Shown: one piece after another, positions 1 through 5,702 of the stretch
Numbering within the stretch: position 1 is the stretch's first letter
Layout of the letters: the number at the start of each line of letters is the position of its first letter
Assembly (NCBI GenBank): GCA_964426185.1
Contig: CAYRPF010000121.1
Coordinates: 1-5,702 of the forward strand
Length of the DNA stretch: 5,702 nucleotides
DNA from: an uncultured archaeon
GTDB taxonomy: Archaea; Asgardarchaeota; Lokiarchaeia; Sigyniarchaeales; Promethearchaeaceae
Direction: 5' to 3'
Translations under genes and position numbers: made by a program
The notes under the pieces: model-generated
What the model saw: only the letters and a program-made list of their open reading frames with translations
What the model was told of the DNA's origin: nothing
Database searches by the model: none

Positions 1-2
1 GA

Positions 3-56
3 GAAATTCAGAAAAAATTGGAAATTGCAAAAAATTTCCTTACTAATAATATTTGA
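3..56 (+). CDS. Possible 3' end of a convergent gene entering from the left edge
   Basis: Frame +3 reads EIQKKLEIAKNFLTNNI followed by tandem TGA TGA (54-59). It looks helical and amphipathic but is too short to confirm. Confidence 0.2.
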   Translation, partial: EIQKKLEIAKNFLTNNI

Positions 57-268
57 TGAATTTTCAAGTCGAAGGATAAATTAGAAGATTTCTCATTTTT
101 CTCTCGAAAGATCTTGGTTTGGGGCTTTCGAGGACGACCTAGCATATAAATTCGAATTTTTAATGTGATAAAAACTTTGTGGAAAATATCCAAAAGAAGA
201 TTCGTATGTAGAAAGACAACTTCTTCTTCGCTTTGGCAGATGATATTCTTCAAATACATAAATTAAAT

Positions 269-296
269 GAAAATTCAGAAAATAGAATAAAAAAAA
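269..296 (-). terminator. Oligo-T tract, putative archaeal-type terminator of prpE
   Basis: The minus strand reads TTTTTTTTATTCTATTTTCTGAATTTTC, starting about 46 nt after the prpE stop (A8 at 289-296 on the plus strand). No GC-rich hairpin is seen. Confidence 0.4.
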
Positions 297-342
297 GGAG
301 TATCCAAATTGATCCTTGAATTTTGAAATTCATCTATTATTT

Positions 343-2256
343 CTAATTTTCTAAAATTTTTTCAATTGCATTGCGAATTTCTTCCACCGCGGTTCTATCT
401 TCAATGGTAGAAATATCCCCAAGATCTTGCTGCTCTGCAATTGCTTTAATTATCCGTCTCATGACCTTTCCAGACCTTGTTTTTGGTAAGCGAGAAACCC
501 TTAACACATCTTTAGGCGTTGCGATAGGACCGATCCCTTCCCTTATTGTTTGGATAAGCTCTTGTTTCATCTTTTCATCCCATTCAAAGCTTTCTTTCAA
601 CACAACCAACACCAATGGAACCTGTCCCTTTACAGAATGAGCGATCCCTATTACCATGTTCTCAGCTACTGCTGGGTGTGAATTAAGCAGCTCTTCAATT
701 TCCCGAGTTCCCAATCGGTGGGCGGCCACTTTAATAACTTCATCCGCCCTTCCCAACACAAAATAATACCCATCTTCATCTTTTATTGCATAATCTCCGG
801 TATAATAAACTTCTTTACCAGGGATCTCTTTGAAATAGGTTTTAACGAAACGTTCATCATCTCCATAAACCGTCATCATAAATCCAGGAGGAGTAGGGGG
901 ATGAGCAACTAGAAATCCTTTCTCATTTGGAGGTACGATATTTCCTTTCGCATTTACTACTTCCAAATTCCACGACCAAGTTGGAAAAGTAGGAGATCCA
1001 GGTTTTATCGGAATATTATCCACTCCGACAGGGTTGCAAAGAACAGGCCAGCCAGTTTCAGTTTGCCAATAATTATCTACAATTTCGACTTTACCCAATA
1101 CTCTCTTCGCCCATTGATATGTGGGGGGATCTAACGGTTCTCCAGCAAGAAACAAATATTTTAAACAGCTGAGATCATGTTTGGTTATCCATTCTTCCGG
1201 ATACTTACGCAGCATACGAAAAGCTGTAGGTGAGCTGAAAACTACATCCGCTTTCACCTTAGCAATTGTTTCAAACCAAATTCCTGGATTCTGTTCTCCA
1301 TATTTACCATGAAGTGGAGTTCCGTCATAAACGATAGAAGTTATACCGGCAATCAAAGGTGCGTATATTGTATAAGAGTGACCTACAACCCACCCTATAT
1401 CAGAGGTGGCAAAATACACGGAATTTTCATGACATCCGTAAAGTGAAAAGATGGAATGATAAAGTGCTACCATATATCCACCAGTATCGCGTAAAGCGCC
1501 TTTTGGTCTTCCGGTAGTACCTGAAGTATAAAGAATGTAGGATGGATGATCTGAAGGTAACTGCTCACACTCTACTTCTTTAATAGGACATTTTTCTAAT
1601 TCGGTTTTCCAATCAAGATCTCGACCAGATACAGGATCATAAGATTGAATTCCGAAATTTACCACTAACACCTTAGGAACCTTATATTCTGCAATTTCTA
1701 CCGCTTCATCCACGATTTCTTTCAATGGTGTGATTTTTCCAGCGCGTTTGCTGGCATCACTACAGATAATTAATTTTGGCTTGGCATCATCAATTCTTAC
1801 TGCGATTGATTCTTTACTGAACCCCGCAAAAATAATTGAATGAATTAATCCAATGCGAGTGCAAGCCAATGCAGCTGCACATGCCTCAATTGACATCGGT
1901 AAATAAAATATCACCCGATCACCTTTTTTCAATCCTAAATGGAGTAAAAGCCCTGCAATTTGGTTAACCAGTTTGTATAATTCTTTGTAACTTACCATAA
2001 TAAGATTATCTTCCACCGGATTTACATAAATATATGCAGGGCGGTCGGCATGAGATTCAGATAGAGCCCACCTATCAACTGCATTGTAACAGATATTTGT
2101 AGTTCCGCCTTTAAACCAACGATAAAAAGGGGGGTTGGAGGCATCGAGAATTTTCTCGGGAGGTTTAAACCAGTGCAATTTTTGGCTAATTGGGGCCCAA
2201 AATTTTTCTGGGTCGGAGATGGATAGCTGATATTCTTCTTGATATGTCATAACCAA
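343..2256 (-). CDS. prpE: AMP-forming acyl-CoA synthetase, propionate--CoA ligase (PrpE)-like member of the acetyl-CoA synthetase family
   Basis: 637-aa ORF (TTG at 2256; alternative ATG at 2250). It has the ACS N-terminal segment (SISDPEKFWA...WFKPP...RWFKGGTTNICYNAVDR), the AMP-binding P-loop YILYTSGTTGRPKG, SDIGWVVGHSY, YYTGD, GRADEVIKVAAHRLGTREIE, and the C-terminal PKTRSGKVMRR with the catalytic/acylation Lys (K597, codon 466-468). LAGEPLD and DNYWQTETGWP match PrpE-type pocket motifs rather than Acs-type VGEPI/DTWWQTETG. Confidence 0.9.
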   Translation of the reverse strand: MVMTYQEEYQLSISDPEKFWAPISQKLHWFKPPEKILDASNPPFYRWFKGGTTNICYNAVDRWALSESHADRPAYIYVNPVEDNLIMVSYKELYKLVNQIAGLLLHLGLKKGDRVIFYLPMSIEACAAALACTRIGLIHSIIFAGFSKESIAVRIDDAKPKLIICSDASKRAGKITPLKEIVDEAVEIAEYKVPKVLVVNFGIQSYDPVSGRDLDWKTELEKCPIKEVECEQLPSDHPSYILYTSGTTGRPKGALRDTGGYMVALYHSIFSLYGCHENSVYFATSDIGWVVGHSYTIYAPLIAGITSIVYDGTPLHGKYGEQNPGIWFETIAKVKADVVFSSPTAFRMLRKYPEEWITKHDLSCLKYLFLAGEPLDPPTYQWAKRVLGKVEIVDNYWQTETGWPVLCNPVGVDNIPIKPGSPTFPTWSWNLEVVNAKGNIVPPNEKGFLVAHPPTPPGFMMTVYGDDERFVKTYFKEIPGKEVYYTGDYAIKDEDGYYFVLGRADEVIKVAAHRLGTREIEELLNSHPAVAENMVIGIAHSVKGQVPLVLVVLKESFEWDEKMKQELIQTIREGIGPIATPKDVLRVSRLPKTRSGKVMRRIIKAIAEQQDLGDISTIEDRTAVEEIRNAIEKILEN

Positions 2257-2278
2257 TCGTGTTAAATTTGGCGAGAAA

Positions 2279-2295
2279 CTTTAAAAGATCTTTGT
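2279..2295 (-). promoter_or_regulatory. Putative archaeal BRE/TATA promoter for prpE
   Basis: The minus strand reads CAAAGATC-TTTTAAAG. The TATA-like box (2286-2279) ends 23 nt before TTG 2256 and 29 nt before ATG 2250, and no obvious SD is present. This spacing fits a leaderless or short-leader archaeal transcript. Confidence 0.45.
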
Positions 2296-2327
2296 AATCT
2301 AAAATAACATAAAAATCATTCCAAATA

Positions 2328-2344
2328 GGTCATTAACGATGACC
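2328..2344. promoter_or_regulatory. Palindrome GGTCAT-N5-ATGACC, possible operator or small hairpin upstream of prpE
   Basis: Perfect 6-bp inverted repeat with a 5-nt spacer, about 40-60 bp upstream of the putative prpE TATA box. Confidence 0.3.
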
Positions 2345-2441
2345 CAGTCTAGTATTGAATACAAATGGCTAAGCTAATGTCAACCCTTTGGTGCTTGGGA
2401 GTAAAGTAAATCCCACATTACTATTGTAAATTGAAGGAGTC

Positions 2442-2513
2442 TATCATCTATAAATGAGAAATTTGCATCCATTTCAGATTTAGAGTCATTTTCGACCTTA
2501 TGAGACTTCGCTG
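2442..2513. repeat. 72-bp direct repeat, non-coding copy (duplicate of A2M gene 3' end)
   Basis: tatcatctataaatgagaaatttgcatccatttcagatttagagtcattttcgaccttatgagacttcgctg aligns without gaps to 3295-3366 with 6 mismatches (66/72). Confidence 0.95.
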
Positions 2514-2527
2514 TGATAGCGAGTTAA

Positions 2528-3223
2528 TTAGGCCAAATAAGCATATTTCTTACGTTTTTTGAGAATTTTGACAGCACAAACTCCAACAGTGACAATGCCT
2601 ATAAAAACCAAAGAAATCCATCTTCCGCCGCCTATGGATCTACTCGATTGAATTTGAGAAGTATCATCTGTTTCTGGAGCAATATCATAATAATTATCCG
2701 GATATTTGTATTTGGCTTCAATATCATTTTCCAAGATAAAATAATCGACGTTATCCCAGAACCAGTTATCGATTATTGAAGATGCGCCGCTGTCCTCTAT
2801 TTCTATACCGATTAAGTTCCTTATCTATGAATTAGGAAAATCAGTACCAGTATTAATGATAATGCAGTTCTTAATTTTCAAGTATGCGCTCGAATCCCGA
2901 ATGTATATGCCCGAACCAGCCCCACCCGCATCAATCTCCAGATTCTCTATCACGTACGGGTATGCAAATGTTCCACTGCCCGTCACCGCATCGCAATCAT
3001 CCCAATCGTGGGCAGGATCATTACCGTCGATAAATATGGGGGAGTGAGCGGCGGCGAAACTGGGTTCTATAACCCCCATTGTATTTGTTTTCAGCATTTT
3101 TTTAGTTTGGTTGTTAGTTGGGTTGGAATAATTTCCCATAATTCCCAAAGCACCTAATATTCCCAGCAACACTAACGCCAAAATAATTTTATTACTGGTT
3201 TTTGTCATATTAGTTCCATCCAA
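2528..3223 (-). pseudogene. Membrane-anchored right-handed parallel beta-helix (NosD/PbH1-like) surface protein interrupted by one in-frame TAG at 2825-2827 (pseudogene or amber read-through)
   Basis: ORFs 2825..3223 and 2528..2734 are in the same frame (2827-2734=93 nt). The 30 intervening codons are open (IRNLIGIEIEDSGASSIIDNWFWDNVDYFI). The joined product is about 231 aa (226 from ATG 3208, which is preceded by GGATGGA). It comprises an N-terminal signal/TM helix (KIILALVLLGILGALGIMG), an archaeal beta-helix cap (HSPIFIDGN...GSGTFAYPYVIENLEIDAGGAGSGIYIRDSSAYLKIKNCII), one PbH1-like turn after the TAG, a S/T/D linker, a C-terminal TM helix (WISLVFIGIVTVGVCAV) and a basic tail (KILKKRKK). 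Confidence 0.7.
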
Positions 3224-3283
3224 TACTTTTACAAATTCACGAATTCTTTCCCGAAGCCCATTACATTAACGCTTTCCCCTTTA

Positions 3284-5701
3284 TTATACTTCTGTATCAT
3301 CTATAAATGAAAATTTTGCCTCCATTTCAGATTTAGAGTCATTTTCAACCTTACGAAACTTCGCTGGTAAAATCTTATTTATCATTTCCGGTTTTTTAGA
3401 AGATATGTAGGCAATTCCTGCAATTCCTAATGAAATTCCGATGATTATGCCAATAGTGGCATAAGGTGGCAAAGTGCTGAAGATCTTGAATGGATCAAAG
3501 AAATATTGAGCAATGTTTCCATAGATATCGAATACTTGGATAATGAAGGTTACTTCAGAATCAATATTTTCAAAGGTATCTACCACGATATTAAGAGTTT
3601 CATTACCGTCTTTATTATAAAAAGTCAAAGATGTCCAACTATTTCCTTGTAAATAGAACACCCTTACTTTAGATATTTCATTATCATCAGCAACATTAAA
3701 AGAGAGTTGCACTTTGGGACTATCTGCCGTCAGATCGCTTATTGAGCAATCATTGATAACTGGATTTTCGATATCTCTATAAATTTCATTATTTACTGAG
3801 TATTCCATAGGAATATTTTCTAAATTCTCTCCTCCAGTTTTTAAGGAATATCTATCATACATTCCCCAAAGTTCAATTTGTCCACCAAATGAGTTCTTTA
3901 CGTCAATTACTTGAATCTGATAGGTTATTGTTATGAAATTTCTTGGCAATTTGGCAAAATATATATGTATTTTGGACGGATTAATTTCCACCGGAAAATC
4001 TCCGCCTGAATTCGATGAAATCTGGAGAGAGTCTGGGATGTACTCTGTTCCTTCGGGAATTTCATCATCCAAGGCATAAAACTGACGATTTTGTGCATTA
4101 TTTTCGATTTGAATGGATACTGTAATAACATCTCCAGTGAAAAGCCGCCTTCTTACATCGAAAGATTTCGATAAACTTATTCCATCCTTTGATACTAATC
4201 GGGATGACCTTTCAGAATTAGAACTAAGAGGTACTATTTGAGTTCTGCTATCAGATTTCTGACTTGAGGCGGGAGTTTCACCCACTTCACAATAAATAGG
4301 ACCTATTTTTTTCTGGAAATGCTGTAATGAGGTGCTATTTTCCTTAGGATTGGTGTAAATCAAATCCCCAGATATTTTCAATAAACCTAACACATAGTTC
4401 CCACTAGTAATAGGAGCATTCAAGATAAAATTCGCTTGAGATGTTCCCAATGGAATATTTTCAAGATAAATCACTTCAGAATCAGGAGTATCCAAAGAAA
4501 AATCGGGATTTAAATCATCTAATTCCAAAGTTATATAGTTCAAAGAATACCAAGAGGGTATATCGCGAAATATCACTGAGAAATTGAATTGTGACCCTGG
4601 TGAGACCACGAGATCGCTCGGAATCTCGATTGTTGGTTCAGTACGCACAATTTGGGTAGTTTCAAACATGAAATAGTACTGACCATTTCCAGAAGAGTTT
4701 AAAGTAATGGTGTTGTTTCCTGTTTCCAGATCAGGTGAAACTAATAATTGGATTTGAGCAGGAATCCACTCATCTGTGTAGTTTAAGCGATAAACTGGAT
4801 CAGATTCATCATTCAAAGTTATATCTAATGTTCCGTTGAATTCTACGATTTCTGATGTAATGGTATGATTCTTCATAAAAATTAAAGCTTGAATTGCTGA
4901 AGATGTATCAGCCGTGGTCCACCATCCATAACGCCCTTTGTGTGAAAGTAAAAACTGGGTAGATTTTTGAAGCAATGGAAAATGTCCGAGAAAATCGTCC
5001 TCAGCTAAAGTCATAATTACATTAGCAGTTATCTCAACAATTCCCCCGAAATAACCCCAATACCAATAATTAGATGAGCTAAAGGTCCAAAATATTTCTT
5101 CATTTTGAGTTTTTTTGCTATTTAAAAGGTAATTGATTAATTCAGTGGATCTAATTGTATTTTCGAAAGTGGTATTATGAACAGCAAGATAGTACAACGC
5201 AGCTCCGTACGATCCCCTATAATCCGCTGTATCCCATTCAGTTGCTAAAAATGAAAAAGCCTTGGATAATACTGATGAGAGATCGATTGTAGTAATTTGC
5301 TGAGAAATTAACAACTTGGCTATATAAGCAGTGGCCTCAAAAGCGGTTTCACCATAATGTGAACTTAAAGACCATGAACCATCTGGGTTTTGCAAATCGA
5401 TGAAATAATCAACAGCTGATTCAAATTTATAAGGGTTTACATAAAAACCACTTCTATCAATTTCAATTAAAGCCGAGAGAACGATGGAAGTCATATAAAT
5501 GCGAGACTCGTCATCGTACCACCAACCCCACCCTCCATCGGAATGCTGCATACTATATAAGCGATTAAGACCTTCAGCTACAATCTGATTGATCTGGATT
5601 TCAATATCATCTGTGAGTTCCCCTGAAACCTTCAGATATTGATATATCAATACGCTGGGTAATAATTTAGGAACTGTTTGTTCTACACATCCATACGGAT
5701 A
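3284..5701 (-). CDS. Alpha-2-macroglobulin family thioester-containing protein (5'-truncated by window edge) with C-terminal transmembrane anchor
   Basis: The frame is open from 5701, so the TTG at 5650 is internal; the extension reads YPYGCVEQTVPKLLPSVLIYQYLK with a GCxEQ thioester motif. TED barrel motifs follow: GLNRLYSMQHSDGGWGWW, YMTSIVLSAL, DLQNPDGSW, VEITANVIMTL, FLLSHKGRYGWWTTADTSSAIQAL. A C-terminal MG/receptor-binding-like domain is present (GISLSKSF...GDVITVSIQIEN...YALDDEIPEGTEYI...WGMYD), then an Ig-like domain, a TM helix (YATIGIIIGISLGIAGIAYI, about 3404-3463) and a tail ending TAA TAA. Confidence 0.9.
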   Translation of the reverse strand, partial: YPYGCVEQTVPKLLPSVLIYQYLKVSGELTDDIEIQINQIVAEGLNRLYSMQHSDGGWGWWYDDESRIYMTSIVLSALIEIDRSGFYVNPYKFESAVDYFIDLQNPDGSWSLSSHYGETAFEATAYIAKLLISQQITTIDLSSVLSKAFSFLATEWDTADYRGSYGAALYYLAVHNTTFENTIRSTELINYLLNSKKTQNEEIFWTFSSSNYWYWGYFGGIVEITANVIMTLAEDDFLGHFPLLQKSTQFLLSHKGRYGWWTTADTSSAIQALIFMKNHTITSEIVEFNGTLDITLNDESDPVYRLNYTDEWIPAQIQLLVSPDLETGNNTITLNSSGNGQYYFMFETTQIVRTEPTIEIPSDLVVSPGSQFNFSVIFRDIPSWYSLNYITLELDDLNPDFSLDTPDSEVIYLENIPLGTSQANFILNAPITSGNYVLGLLKISGDLIYTNPKENSTSLQHFQKKIGPIYCEVGETPASSQKSDSRTQIVPLSSNSERSSRLVSKDGISLSKSFDVRRRLFTGDVITVSIQIENNAQNRQFYALDDEIPEGTEYIPDSLQISSNSGGDFPVEINPSKIHIYFAKLPRNFITITYQIQVIDVKNSFGGQIELWGMYDRYSLKTGGENLENIPMEYSVNNEIYRDIENPVINDCSISDLTADSPKVQLSFNVADDNEISKVRVFYLQGNSWTSLTFYNKDGNETLNIVVDTFENIDSEVTFIIQVFDIYGNIAQYFFDPFKIFSTLPPYATIGIIIGISLGIAGIAYISSKKPEMINKILPAKFRKVENDSKSEMEAKFSFIDDTEV
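3295..3366. repeat. 72-bp direct repeat, coding copy (encodes AKFRKVENDSKSEMEAKFSFIDD of the A2M tail)
   Basis: tatcatctataaatgaaaattttgcctccatttcagatttagagtcattttcaaccttacgaaacttcgctg, offset 853 bp from the copy at 2442-2513. Confidence 0.95.
5678..5692 (-). other. Thioester motif GCVEQ (Cys 5687-5689, Gln 5678-5680)
   Basis: Reverse complement reads GGA TGT GTA GAA CAA, in frame with the 3284 ORF and matching the CxEQ signature of A2M/complement/TEP proteins. Confidence 0.92.
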
Positions 5702-5702
5702 T

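Noticed and set aside
8-259. 83-aa minus-strand ORF
   Set aside because: No recognisable motif, composition typical of an AT-rich shadow ORF, and it lies beyond the putative prpE terminator.
4-282. 12-bp repeat AAATTCAGAAAA at 4-15 and 271-282
   Set aside because: Low-complexity A-rich match, plausible by chance.
371-1312. Plus-strand ORFs 371..640, 718..912 and 1121..1312
   Set aside because: Antisense shadows within the well-supported prpE gene.
2297-2336. Eukaryote/Loki-type SECIS (ATGA...AA...GA spacing on the minus strand)
   Set aside because: The intervening arms do not base-pair, and the in-frame stop upstream is TAG, not TGA.
2380-2472. 30-aa minus ORF MDANFSFIDDRLLQFTIVMWDLLYSQAPKG
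   Set aside because: Its ATG is simply the internal Met of the duplicated A2M tail; there is no independent evidence of translation.
2528-2734. Independent 68-aa gene
   Set aside because: It is the in-frame continuation of 2825..3223 and starts at an internal TTG with no evident RBS or promoter.
2740-2777. 9-bp inverted repeat AATAATCGA/TCGATTATT downstream of the TAG as a PYLIS-like recoding element
   Set aside because: An AU-rich stem with a 20-nt loop starting about 48 nt after the TAG is too weak and too distant to support a recoding role.
2442-3366. Diversity-generating retroelement TR/VR pair (near-identical repeat at a gene 3' end)
   Set aside because: Mismatches are not adenine-specific on either strand (plus strand g/a, a/t, a/c, g/a, t/c, g/a). 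The region encodes a tail after the TM helix rather than a C-type lectin fold, and no reverse transcriptase is in the window.
2856-4131. ORFs 2856..3047 (+) and 3931..4131 (-)
   Set aside because: Short antisense or alternate-frame ORFs inside real coding regions, with no recognisable motifs.
4870-5560. Squalene-hopene cyclase/prenyltransferase call from QxxDGxW motifs
   Set aside because: These motifs reflect the shared alpha6-alpha6 barrel. The GCVEQ motif and downstream MG domain identify an A2M TED, and no DxDD catalytic motif was seen in the barrel region.
5648-5650. ORF-track start of the 788-aa protein
   Set aside because: Internal TTG (Leu); the frame is open to the window edge and includes the thioester motif upstream.

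Overview
AT-rich window with three co-oriented minus-strand genes. An archaeal, possibly Asgard/Lokiarchaeia-like, origin is inferred from protein style and promoter/terminator signals, not proven. In transcription order: (1) the 3' part (at least 805 aa, running off the right edge) of an alpha-2-macroglobulin-family thioester protein. Its intact YPYGCVEQT motif lies just upstream of the ORF-track start, and it has extra Ig-like segments and a C-terminal transmembrane anchor. (2) A small membrane-anchored beta-helix (NosD/PbH1-like) gene that the ORF track splits in two but which is one reading frame interrupted by a single in-frame TAG (pseudogene or amber read-through). (3) An intact propionyl-/acetyl-CoA synthetase (PrpE-type). 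The beta-helix gene is bracketed by a 72-bp direct repeat (66/72 identical) of the A2M gene's 3' end, suggesting an insertion or duplication scar. A hairpin-rich non-coding stretch follows the downstream repeat copy.
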